A stretch of DNA of 64,000 nucleotides from Candidatus Poribacteria bacterium. GTDB lineage: Bacteria; Poribacteria; WGA-4E; PCPOR2b. The notes under the pieces are model-generated. The model saw nothing but the letters and a program-made list of their open reading frames with translations, was not told where the DNA came from and did no database searches. The stretch covers positions 3,456,001 to 3,520,000 of the forward strand of contig OZ242351.1 of the NCBI GenBank assembly GCA_965208675.1, given 5' to 3'. A program made the translations under genes and the position numbers. Below are positions 50,892 to 60,449 of the stretch, one piece after another (the stretch's first letter is position 1; each line of letters opens with the position of its first letter).

Positions 50892-53800
50892 TTAGACTAG
50901 CGCGGCGCTGCAGATAATCTGCGGCAGGTCTGCGTTCTGGGACTGGATGTCCTGCTGCCTCGTTTTCCATTCCCTCATGTTATGTTGGCGGTAGAGTTGG
51001 CTTAGGTTTCTGAGCAGCGCGTCTCCAGCCACACCGTTTCGGCGCAGCAGATTAAGCTCGCGGTTAAGCGCATCGGTAATGGCGTCTCGGAACGCACGCT
51101 CCAACAAGTTGATTTGCGCTTTAAGGTCTTCGCCGCTCGCCTCCATGTAGATAAGTTGCAACTCACGGATTACATACCGTTGCGCATGCGACAACGAAAG
51201 TTTGTGCTCACGTTCCGCACGACGTGCTCTAATCTCTCGGGCGAATTCTCGCTTGACCCGCATGACGGTTTGATTGTAATCGGCGGGCAATGCGCCGCCA
51301 AGCAGATCAGGTTCGCACTTGATGGTCGTGAGGATGCGAGGGATGTCTCTAGAGATAATCTCGCCTGCTTCGTTCAAGAGAAAGAGTTGCTGATACCGCC
51401 CTGCCTGACAAAAGAGATAGGCGCCCTTTGATTCTCTCGGGAACGCGGCGCGGATGCCGTCTCGAAGATTCGCGATACGTTCAAATTCAGCCGGGTCATC
51501 GCGCTGCAACTGCCGCAGCAACTCTTCCGCCTCATTAAGATCCATCAACTCTTTATCGTCATCGAAGAGGCTCAATTGGTCGCCCTGCCCCTCATAGATG
51601 GCGTACATTGCGGTTTCGTTGAGCTGCTCAGATTCATCAAGGATAGCCGCGTCCTCGCCAATGGTGTCGTGAATCTCTTGAATACGGGAACGGAGAATCT
51701 CACGCAACCCCAAATTCCGTTCGATTCCGGTTTCAGGCAGAAAATTAAAGCCGTAAATCACATCGTGTTCGCTCCCGATACGGTCGATACGGCCGAACCG
51801 CTGGATGAGCCGCACCGGATTCCAGTGGAGGTCGTAGTTGATGATTGTATTCCCGTCTTGGAGGTTCAATCCTTCCGCCAAGACATCGGTGGCGATGAGT
51901 GTGGACAGTTCCGATTCGCCGCGCTGAAATTCGTATTCTGGATTCGCTTTCGGGGCGAACCGCCCCACGGCGCGTTCCTTGCTTTTGTCCCCGCTATAAA
52001 TCACATCAATATCGCCGCGCTCGTTGCCCGGGTTGAGGTTTTTGTATAGATAGTCTGCGGTGTCCGCGTATTCCGTGAAGATTAGGCATTTGCCGCCTCG
52101 CAGCGGGGGTTGTTCCAGGCGGCTTAGCAGCGATTGCAGTTTCGCGTCTTGTTCGGAGGTAATCGGATCGACTAGATTCAAAATTCTCTGCAACAGTGAT
52201 ATATCGTTGGAGAGGTGTTCTTGAAGCAATTCGACATTGAAATCGTCAGCCTTGTACCGATCGGACGCCGCTGCCAAGGCGTCCATTAGGTCTTGCTCTT
52301 CCACGGCGGAGGGTTCGTAAAGAATCGCCTGCGCATCATCGCCAGCGGGTACAATTCCGTTTTCGAGCGCCTCCGCGAAAAGTCTGTGCAGCTTAAGCAG
52401 CCGCCGTATCGTCTGCCTAAAGGCGTGGACGCTGGATTCAAAGCGTTTGAACAGGAGAATTCGCATCAACCCGCGAAGGTTTGCCCCGGATCGCTGCAGG
52501 TCAGCATACGGATCCTGCTTCTGCTTCGACGGGTGGACATAGTTCCAGAGTCCGTAACGTGCATAGGTAAGCTGTCCAGCCGCGAACGAAGCCGAATCTT
52601 TCCCGCGCGGTTTCCCCAAGCGGCCGCGCAACTCATGATAGAGCCCTTGATACGTGTCCTCAATACTGTAGGATACGGTTTCTAAGGAACGGTTAGGAAA
52701 GAACTGCTTATTGCCGCCGACGAGGACGTAAGCCTTTCGACCCCCGTTGAGGTACTGGTGAAATTCAGCCGGGTCGACCGGTTTTTCGGTCTGGGCATCG
52801 AAACCGTACCAGCGCAGGATGTGACTGCGGGTGCGTCGAATCAGAATGTTTCCCAACAGATCGGGGAGCCGCCGCTCGCCCTTCTCAATTTTACGAAAGT
52901 ATTCCCGCAGGTCGGGCGGGTCTATCGGCAAATCGGTGATGTCGTTGGGGTGGAAGAGTTTAATCTGATGGTACACGTCCCAGGCGCTTTTGTTGCGCGG
53001 TGTTGCGGTGAGAAAACAGCATCGCCGTCCAGATGCCAAGAACGTCTGCAGCAACTTATAGCGCTGCGTGTCGGAGTGGCGGAAGTTGTGGCTTTCGTCA
53101 ATCAGCACGAAATTGCGGTCTCGGTATATGACATCGTTAAACACCGAGGACGACACGCCATCCGCGCTCTCAGGGTTTTCTCCGGCACGCTCACGCAACT
53201 TGCCCATGGAAAGGACGCGGGCGTTGAGGTGGTAGACCTCATTGTAGCGTTCCCACATATTGACCAGCGGCGCCGGACAGATAATGAGCGGACGCGCATG
53301 TTCGGTCCATTCAAAGTGCTTGATGATTGACGCGCCGACGTAGCTTTTTCCGAGCCCCACGACATCCGAAACAAAGACACCGCCGTTATCGCGAATAATC
53401 TGCACAGCTTGCCGGACAGCGACCTTTTGAAAATCCGCCAGATCTTTGGTAATGTCATCTTCCCAGAGAACCTCGCGGTCATCACCGCCCTCCAGCCGGT
53501 CTTTTACCAACTCGTACAGCGTCTTCATGTAGATGTCGTAGGGCTTAACGAGCGCGAACCCCCATGAAGCTTTCATCGCCTCCATCAGGGATGCATCGAA
53601 GTCTTCCGATTCGTCCCATAGCTCGTCGAACCAGCGGCAGAGTTCGGCGTGGTTCGCAGCGCCGTGCACAACGACATTGAGTTCGGTGTTATGGTTTAGA
53701 CCGGATAATGTGAGGTTGGACGATCCTATGACAGCGGCTCCCTTTTCGTACCGTCCGTCTTGGCGATAGTCGAAGATGTAGGCTTTTGCGTGCAGCCGTC

Positions 53801-54221
53801 CTTTGGTATAAACCCGCACGAGAAGGCGCTTCTCGGCGATCATCCGTACGATGGATTTGATTAGGGCTTCGGCTTCGTCGGTCTGGTCCATGAACTCCAC
53901 GGACTCGCTGATGTTATCTGCGGTTGCAACGCCCATCTGTCTTGCGTCGGCGCGTTTAACGTAGCGGTGCGCGTCCGCGAACTCGGCGACCTGTTCAAGC
54001 CTTCGATGCCCCTCGGCGAGCTGCTCTAGCGTGTCCCGATCCGTGGTGTTGCCGATAAGCAGACGCAGTTCGTTGACGCCCTGGAGTTCGTCAACAATAC
54101 TCTGGAAGCCCGATAAGAAGAAGTATCCGACGGCAAACCTCGCCTTCTCCGTCGAATCGAGGAGGAGGTTGATGTGTTCAACCAGTTTTTCGTTGCGGTT
54201 GTCGATGATGTCGTGCGGCAT
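50892..54221 (-). CDS. PLD(HKD)-nuclease domain plus SNF2-type helicase (restriction-associated)
   Basis: LHAKAYIFD, GSSNLT, SDVVGLGKS, DESH, TDVLAEGLNLQ, QRFGRIDRIG. Confidence 0.9.
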   Translation of the reverse strand: MPHDIIDNRNEKLVEHINLLLDSTEKARFAVGYFFLSGFQSIVDELQGVNELRLLIGNTTDRDTLEQLAEGHRRLEQVAEFADAHRYVKRADARQMGVATADNISESVEFMDQTDEAEALIKSIVRMIAEKRLLVRVYTKGRLHAKAYIFDYRQDGRYEKGAAVIGSSNLTLSGLNHNTELNVVVHGAANHAELCRWFDELWDESEDFDASLMEAMKASWGFALVKPYDIYMKTLYELVKDRLEGGDDREVLWEDDITKDLADFQKVAVRQAVQIIRDNGGVFVSDVVGLGKSYVGASIIKHFEWTEHARPLIICPAPLVNMWERYNEVYHLNARVLSMGKLRERAGENPESADGVSSSVFNDVIYRDRNFVLIDESHNFRHSDTQRYKLLQTFLASGRRCCFLTATPRNKSAWDVYHQIKLFHPNDITDLPIDPPDLREYFRKIEKGERRLPDLLGNILIRRTRSHILRWYGFDAQTEKPVDPAEFHQYLNGGRKAYVLVGGNKQFFPNRSLETVSYSIEDTYQGLYHELRGRLGKPRGKDSASFAAGQLTYARYGLWNYVHPSKQKQDPYADLQRSGANLRGLMRILLFKRFESSVHAFRQTIRRLLKLHRLFAEALENGIVPAGDDAQAILYEPSAVEEQDLMDALAAASDRYKADDFNVELLQEHLSNDISLLQRILNLVDPITSEQDAKLQSLLSRLEQPPLRGGKCLIFTEYADTADYLYKNLNPGNERGDIDVIYSGDKSKERAVGRFAPKANPEYEFQRGESELSTLIATDVLAEGLNLQDGNTIINYDLHWNPVRLIQRFGRIDRIGSEHDVIYGFNFLPETGIERNLGLREILRSRIQEIHDTIGEDAAILDESEQLNETAMYAIYEGQGDQLSLFDDDKELMDLNEAEELLRQLQRDDPAEFERIANLRDGIRAAFPRESKGAYLFCQAGRYQQLFLLNEAGEIISRDIPRILTTIKCEPDLLGGALPADYNQTVMRVKREFAREIRARRAEREHKLSLSHAQRYVIRELQLIYMEASGEDLKAQINLLERAFRDAITDALNRELNLLRRNGVAGDALLRNLSQLYRQHNMREWKTRQQDIQSQNADLPQIICSAALV

Positions 54222-54416
54222 GGAGCCATCCTATATCTTCTTATAGGAAAACCAGTAATTTTTATACATTGCGGAAAGATCGGTTGCCTAACCGAGCCGC
54301 TGTTTATGCAGACCGTCGTAGATACGGTGAGAAACCGCACCTACCGAAACTTGTGTAGTATGAATGGTATTGACAATAGTAACGAGATTGTTGCGCGGTT
54401 TGAAGGAATTGGAATT

Positions 54417-55022
54417 TCATTTTGCACGGCGGATGCGGTCCACTGTTCTCCTCAAACTTGGGGATGCCGCGGCAGCTCGTTCTAGATTCCAAGCATCGCG
54501 TACAAATTGGCTCAGGCAACTGTTATATTCGGGCCCCACAGTAGTAGTAACCGCTCTTCGCGGTGGAACGAGCTGGTCTCGCAAACTCTTCTTGTTGCTT
54601 CTTCGGGCAAGCGATACTAGGAATTCTTTGGGTTGAGGAATATCATCTGGTGTGCTAGGAATTCGAGTTGCTGGTATAGACAAGAACGCGGCTAGAGCAT
54701 CCCGATCCGCCATAATCCAAGATTCGATTTCCATCACCGCCACGCGAAGGAAAAATCCGGGATTTAGCGGGGCTCTCACCCAAGATTGGATTAGTTCCGG
54801 GGCACAAGTTTGTGGAGAGTCTAGGTCTGTGAACATTAAAACATAAGGCGGCGCCGCCGCTGATCGATTGAGCTCGTTGGCGCGCCTTTGAAGGTAAGAC
54901 TTTCCTTGATAAGTGTTTGGGATTCTGAGATCAATTTCAATGCCTAAATGCTTGAGAATTTTAGTCGAGACCACATCGCTTAGGCTATCCTCAACCGCAA
55001 GGATTACGCTGTTTAGGCTCAT
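54417..55022 (-). CDS. DUF4276-like (TOPRIM-like) protein
   Basis: AVED, TDLD, AVMEIESWIMAD, SPSL; TAATG overlap with the upstream ATPase. Confidence 0.7.
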   Translation of the reverse strand: MSLNSVILAVEDSLSDVVSTKILKHLGIEIDLRIPNTYQGKSYLQRRANELNRSAAAPPYVLMFTDLDSPQTCAPELIQSWVRAPLNPGFFLRVAVMEIESWIMADRDALAAFLSIPATRIPSTPDDIPQPKEFLVSLARRSNKKSLRDQLVPPRRAVTTTVGPEYNSCLSQFVRDAWNLERAAAASPSLRRTVDRIRRAK

Positions 55023-56173
55023 TACAGTAAATTCAACTGTTCAAGATTTTCAGGTTTGGTTCTCGAAAGCACAACTTCAGCGACAGTCAGCCCGTTCCTC
55101 AGTAGTGATTCTACGGCAGAAATGTCGGAGGCTCTTTTTACCTCTGTGCCTTCTTTGGCGGGCGTGAGCAGCAGTACTTCCGTACCGTCAATTCCCTGTT
55201 CCGTGAGAAGAGCGTCGCTGTGTGTACTCACGAAGACCTGCCGCCGCCGCGTTCGTTGCATTTTAGATATTAAAGCGGCGATGCGTGACACAATGCCGGC
55301 GTTTAATGACAGTTCAGGTTCCTCCAATAGAAGAATTGACTCACTTTCTAGAAGTGTCCAGAGTAATCCGAGAAGGCGCAGCGTCCCGTCCGAAAATTGA
55401 TCTTCGCGTTGCCAACCTGCCTTTGGACGCCAGTGAGAATAGAGTGCTTGAAAATGCGGGCGGCCGGTAGTTTCATCTCGAACAAATTCCAATTGCTCAA
55501 GTTGGGGCACGGCAAAATTTAAGGCCTGTTCAATTTTTTTCAGTCTCGACCGGCGAGTTTTTTCCGGGACACTTGCAACCCTTTCAAGAAACCCCTGCCC
55601 AAATGGATCGTCTTCAACAATCTTCCCTTGAATGGAATCGGAAAACCGCAAGAGTTGAGGAACTAAATGCTGGTATCTGATAGCTTGCAGGAAACGCGCT
55701 ATTTCCCGAAATTTGGCATTGACATTAATCTGTTCAAGAAAGGTCTGTGTCAGTCGATCTGGATCTGCCTCGTCTGGTTTATCCGGTCTATTGAGGATTC
55801 GTTCATTATTTCTCCACACGCGCTCGTAGCTGAGGAGGGGACGGCGATATCCCCGAGTTTCTTGGCGAAATCCGAGCCCATATTTCCAAGTAGCGGAGGA
55901 GTCCGAATCCTCCGCAAGGTGTATTTCAATTGCCACCTCCGGATCGCGCCGTGCCGCCAAGCTACGGATTTTGGAGAGACCGCCCCGGTCTTTGACGGCT
56001 TTCTGAAAACCGCCGCCCTCCGCTTTTACGATATCTCGAAGAAAGCGAAAAATGTCGAGAAGGTTGGATTTCCCGGACGCATTCGCGCCTACAATAAACT
56101 GACGTTCGCTAAGATGTACATCAATCTGTTTAAAATTACGCCAGTTTTTCGCGATGAGGCGGCTGATTATCAT
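55022..56173 (-). CDS. ABC/AAA_21-type ATPase
   Basis: GANASGKSN, FSDGTLR, LLLEEPE, STHS. Confidence 0.9.
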   Translation of the reverse strand: MIISRLIAKNWRNFKQIDVHLSERQFIVGANASGKSNLLDIFRFLRDIVKAEGGGFQKAVKDRGGLSKIRSLAARRDPEVAIEIHLAEDSDSSATWKYGLGFRQETRGYRRPLLSYERVWRNNERILNRPDKPDEADPDRLTQTFLEQINVNAKFREIARFLQAIRYQHLVPQLLRFSDSIQGKIVEDDPFGQGFLERVASVPEKTRRSRLKKIEQALNFAVPQLEQLEFVRDETTGRPHFQALYSHWRPKAGWQREDQFSDGTLRLLGLLWTLLESESILLLEEPELSLNAGIVSRIAALISKMQRTRRRQVFVSTHSDALLTEQGIDGTEVLLLTPAKEGTEVKRASDISAVESLLRNGLTVAEVVLSRTKPENLEQLNLL

Positions 56174-56367
56174 AGCGGTAACTCCCGATACGTCTGAGAA
56201 TCAGATTTTTTCTTTGAGTTGTCCTGCTTCGGTTGGATTTTGTGTTGCTAACGGCGCCAATTAATATCGTAAAGTATGTCACATAAACATTGCGTTGTCA
56301 ATTGAGTCTTCGGCAACCACTTGCCATTTTAAACGTCCGCGTTCCGAGGGCGTCTGTCACAAAACCC

Positions 56368-57162
56368 CTAACTCCATTTCGGATAGTCGCGTATTCGTAG
56401 ATCTTCGCGCCAATCGGACATATTATCGCCTTTTCGGCCGCGGCTACGGACTTTGACAGCGTTCAGCGACTGATTACGCGCCCAAACGGTGCCCATTTGT
56501 TTGACAAACAAGGGTACCGAATCCTCACGGCACTGATCTCGAATCTCGGCGACCCACGCCTCATTCATGGGTCTCGCACCGGGTCCTGATTCGCCTCCGA
56601 CAATCACCCAATGTATACCGTCTAATCTGAGTTGACCGAGCCGCCCGAGCAAGGGTTCCAGTGACAGGAATTTGAGTTGCGCTTCGGTGCCTCGCAGACA
56701 ATCTATCCGGAAGGTGTATTCTGCGCTTTCCACACTTACCCCCATCCAGACATTCGGCAGCCAGCGCAGTTTAGGGCTCAATTCGGCAAGGCGTTCCGCT
56801 CGTTTGGTGAGAACTTGAAATTGGTGCCGGTCAGCCCGCCTCATAACGTCAAAGACTTCTTGGATGTATTCTAACGGCACGTCCTCATGGAACAGATCGC
56901 TCATGGAGTTTACAAAAATCAAGCGAGGTTTTTTCCATTTTAAAGGCTGATTCAAAACGCCGGGCACACGTTGGACGCGATTCGTCCACCGAGGTCCCGT
57001 TTTCGTCATTTTCGCAATCCCCTCGTATGCCAAACCCTTCTGAGCGAATCGCGCGGCGATACGTTCGGCATAGCAGAAACGACAGCCTTCAGACACGCGG
57101 CTGCAGCCGCGCACCGGGTTCCAGGTTGATTCCGTCCACTCTATATTGGATTGCGTAACCAT
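56368..57162 (-). CDS. DUF5131 (phage Gp37/Gp68) family protein
   Basis: IEWTESTWNPVRGCSRVSEGCRFCYA, FVNSMSDLFH, LTKR, WVIVGGESG. Confidence 0.93.
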   Translation of the reverse strand: MVTQSNIEWTESTWNPVRGCSRVSEGCRFCYAERIAARFAQKGLAYEGIAKMTKTGPRWTNRVQRVPGVLNQPLKWKKPRLIFVNSMSDLFHEDVPLEYIQEVFDVMRRADRHQFQVLTKRAERLAELSPKLRWLPNVWMGVSVESAEYTFRIDCLRGTEAQLKFLSLEPLLGRLGQLRLDGIHWVIVGGESGPGARPMNEAWVAEIRDQCREDSVPLFVKQMGTVWARNQSLNAVKVRSRGRKGDNMSDWREDLRIRDYPKWS

Positions 57163-57338
57163 TACTGTTCACTTTCTCAAGATGTCTTGCGCAATTTTTA
57201 CAGCAGTTGAGACACGCCTTGAGCTAAAGGCTAATATTGTCGATTTCGTATTGTCATGCGCGGTGTTCAACCCACTCCTAGGCTTGCATGCTGGTTGCCG
57301 ATGGCGTTTCTACTGTTGCGTGATGCGATTAGCCTGCG

Positions 57339-57485
57339 TTAGCCTATTTTGCTTAGCTCGCTTTTCGGCGCTGGGGCGATGAGCATAGCGCTCAGGGTAT
57401 TGACCCAGAAACTGTTACGATTCAGGCGGTTAATTCCGGCTTGGATTATTTTCAGGTGTTCGACGACTTTTTCGGTGCCGTGCAT
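57339..57485 (-). pseudogene. Truncated N-terminus of a small membrane-protein family
   Basis: Hand translation MHGTEKVVEHLKIIQAGINRLNRNSFWVNTLSAMLI resembles 'HLEMIQ.VINRM..NSF..K.W' proteins; stops after 48 aa. Confidence 0.4.
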
Positions 57486-57618
57486 GGGAGTGCTGTACTT
57501 TGTCTGAATCGCGGATTGCCGCGGATTAAGGGATTACACGGAGGGGATTCGATTGAAATGCCAATGTGTACATGGCACGTTGACGTCTTTGATGAGGCTC
57601 GGTATTATTATTTCGCCT

Positions 57619-58842
57619 CTAGGCTTCATCGCTATCTTGCAAGGATTTTGCGGCGAAAATGGTTAAGCGCAATTCCTCTCCGAAGAGTTCGTATACGGGG
57701 GTTGTGCCGCTAAGTTCCTGGCTTTCATTGAGTATGATGCCGACGCCTTCGCCCCGGCGCTCAAGAAAGTGCCGCCTCTTTACTTGCCTGCCTATATTGT
57801 CGTCAAGCGTAGTTTCAGAAAGTAGGCGTGTGAGGAGTTCGTTTCGGGTTGCTTGGTTGTAAGGTAAATCGTCCACCGTTAAGGTATTTGCCAATGTCCC
57901 CGGCGAATAGAGTTCCAGCCGGTCTGTGAACATGAACAACCGAATCTTCGAGCCGGCTTTTGAATAATCCCTGTGGACAACCGCATTTACGATTGCTTCA
58001 AAAACAGCTCTCATGCTGTATTGTGAACGTTCTATTCTGCCAACGTCCTTGCGGGCTGAGACTTGGTTGTATCTTTCAACAAATTTGAATGCGTCCACAA
58101 CCTGTTGGCCGAGCGGTCCCCGAAAATCCTTTGCGTCAATCTGGTAGTTCGCATCCTTGACCACACCGTTATAAAAAACGGCTTGGATGAAGCTGTTATA
58201 GAGGAAATCGTCGGGGCTGTCATGACACATCAACAGGCCGGCTACCGAGGCGCGGCAATTTTGACCGTCTTTGACCAGCAAGCGCCGTTTCAGTAGCAGG
58301 TCTTCTACATTCTCCCGATCAGTTGCTCCCGCCGTGATAAATCGCCGATACAGCTTTTCCCTTAACGTGTCTCTGTGAGTGTTCGGTACGAACTGCTTAT
58401 CAAAAGAGATTCTATGTGCCTGCGAACGGCTTTGCGACAACCGCCCCAACTGCTCGGTGGTCATTTCTCTTGTGCTGCCGTCCGCGCGAATTAAATAACG
58501 TCCGGAAGATTTATGTACAAACAAGCTTGGCGGCACATCTATTTTCAACAGATTCTTATCGTCGATCCGCAGTTTTTCTGTAACAACGTACACCATAGGG
58601 TCAACGTTGTCGCTGCATATTTCAACCACTGTTTTCTCTGTCCTGTCGAGATCGTGGCGGTCAATACCGACAATTTCGCTGTCATCGCCAACGCCGATCA
58701 GTATCACCCCACCATTCGCGTTGGCAAACGCAACGATTTCATCGGCGAGCCCCTCTCTGTGAGGCAACTCTCTTTTGAATTCAACCGTTGCGTCTTCTCC
58801 CAGATATATTTTTTCAGTGAGTTCGGTTAAGCTGTCAAACAT
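57619..58842 (-). CDS. Schlafen/AlbA_2 domain plus RecG-C (HATPase_c_4) protein
   Basis: GEDATVEFK, VAFANANGGVILIGVGD, EAIVNAVVHRDY, SPG, RN, ERRGEG. Confidence 0.88.
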   Translation of the reverse strand: MFDSLTELTEKIYLGEDATVEFKRELPHREGLADEIVAFANANGGVILIGVGDDSEIVGIDRHDLDRTEKTVVEICSDNVDPMVYVVTEKLRIDDKNLLKIDVPPSLFVHKSSGRYLIRADGSTREMTTEQLGRLSQSRSQAHRISFDKQFVPNTHRDTLREKLYRRFITAGATDRENVEDLLLKRRLLVKDGQNCRASVAGLLMCHDSPDDFLYNSFIQAVFYNGVVKDANYQIDAKDFRGPLGQQVVDAFKFVERYNQVSARKDVGRIERSQYSMRAVFEAIVNAVVHRDYSKAGSKIRLFMFTDRLELYSPGTLANTLTVDDLPYNQATRNELLTRLLSETTLDDNIGRQVKRRHFLERRGEGVGIILNESQELSGTTPVYELFGEELRLTIFAAKSLQDSDEA

Positions 58843-58961
58843 TGGTCATTCTCAAATCAATATACAAATGTCTGAATCGCGGATTGCCGCGGAATTACCG
58901 GAAAAACACGGATAAAATCCCCGGTTTTCCTATCGCTGCGAATTTTTACTTCCCTTGCGGT

Positions 58962-59522
58962 CTAGTGTGTTTTTCCCCCGGATATAAGCGAAAGTGCTTT
59001 AAGAAATGAGTGCACGCCTGCAATTTCTAGCTTACTGATTTCCCAGTCATATTCTTTGGCGAATTTCTTAATGTGTTTGCGTTTGGTGCGCTTCCGTTGT
59101 TGGAAAATGTAATGCACTTTCGCGGCGATCGAGAGCGTATTAAAATCGCCCGCCAATGGGAGGCTGTTTAACGTGTCAAGCGCTCGCTTCCAATCGGTGT
59201 ATCCATCCTCTTTTTTAATCTCACCCATTACCGCTTCGCTGTCGGATGTCCAACAATAGGTATGGCGCCGGGTCTCGCCAAAGACATTTCGGTCGGTTGA
59301 AAAAGACTCCGTGACTTCTTTCAGAAAGCGGGCGTGGACGAGAATATCCAGGTTTTCCGCAACCGGACTGCTATAAGGTCCATAGTAGTGCGGCCGGAAA
59401 CCGAGGTCGGTTTTGTTCAATACCGACAGGAAATAGAGTTTCTTTTGGATAGTAGTTCGTCCCCGGAGACTTTTCTCCGCCTCACCCCCGATGACAAGCA
59501 AAATCAGGTCTTGAATGTGCAT
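58962..59522 (-). CDS. YwgA-like winged-helix hypothetical protein
   Basis: GRTTIQKKLYFL...F.PHYYGPYS motif. Confidence 0.6.
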   Translation of the reverse strand: MHIQDLILLVIGGEAEKSLRGRTTIQKKLYFLSVLNKTDLGFRPHYYGPYSSPVAENLDILVHARFLKEVTESFSTDRNVFGETRRHTYCWTSDSEAVMGEIKKEDGYTDWKRALDTLNSLPLAGDFNTLSIAAKVHYIFQQRKRTKRKHIKKFAKEYDWEISKLEIAGVHSFLKALSLISGGKTH

Positions 59523-60005
59523 ACGACTGTTTTCCTTTGAGGGACAACACATTTTGATGGCCCCTGTCCGACAAATAGCAAAAGGCTTGAAATTGCTATG
59601 TTTTTTATGTCAGGTATTCACTTTTTTGAAATTGTCTGAATCGCGGATTGCCGCGGATTAACTGATGACACGGATTGAGAATCTGCGTTATCCGCTTCAT
59701 CAGTTTAATCCGTGATTCAGATGGTTTTTTCCAAGGCGGTCCTCCACAATCGCAAAACATTCAGGTTTTAGGGCGGATGGAATACGCCCAGATTCACTAC
59801 CTTGTACGGTCAAGAATGCCATAAAAACGTTAAGTTTTCAATAAAATCATTAAGCAACTACCCAATCCTCCTTCAATCTGCTTGCCTTCTGCAGTCGCTT
59901 CGCATTATACACGGCGTCGCGATTCCCTCCTGTAAGGTTTAGAACATTAAAGCTACCTGTGCCAAGGCACAGACATCAGGCTCTCTCTCGGTTATGCCGA
60001 CTAGA

Positions 60006-60449
60006 CTAGGTTGTTTGGCATTTCATTTGCTGAAGAAACGGGAACTCATCGTGCCGAACGTACCGCCATGACTGTGGGACGACAAACTTCGAGAATTGGC
60101 GTCGCAATGTGCTTAGGCTAATGGGAGTTTGGCATTTCCAGATATCTGTAATTTCAAGTGCATAAGCTATAGTCTGTCCCTCAAAATAGGTGTCGAAATC
60201 CCGCTTATTCACGCCTGCTCGATTGCGCACCATGTTCCAAACATCCTCAGGAGCATCACACCACACCTGTCCAACACGAAAGCCTCCGCGCAACTCCATA
60301 ACAGGACTGGACACATAAATGAATACATCACGGTGCCGCATACCCGATGCAATTCGCCGTCGCAGTTCAGCCGTTTTACGGCGCTCAAAAATCAAATTTG
60401 CATAAAGAGGTTTTAGAGAAAGTAGGACGGGTTGCTTTGTGAGATTCAT
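60006..60449 (-). CDS. ASCH/PUA-domain protein
   Basis: LLSLKPLYANLIF..RKTAELRR, IYVSSP, PQSWRY; ATGA overlap with the upstream gene. Confidence 0.85.
   Translation of the reverse strand: MNLTKQPVLLSLKPLYANLIFERRKTAELRRRIASGMRHRDVFIYVSSPVMELRGGFRVGQVWCDAPEDVWNMVRNRAGVNKRDFDTYFEGQTIAYALEITDIWKCQTPISLSTLRRQFSKFVVPQSWRYVRHDEFPFLQQMKCQTT

Larger units (their letters stand above)
57501..59723. repeat. Dispersed 25-bp repeat TGTCTGAATCGCGGATTGCCGCGGA, three copies between defence genes
   Basis: Identical at 57501-57525, 58869-58893 and 59633-59657. The third copy is closed by an inverted arm AATCCGTGATTCAGA (59707-59721). Confidence 0.85.
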
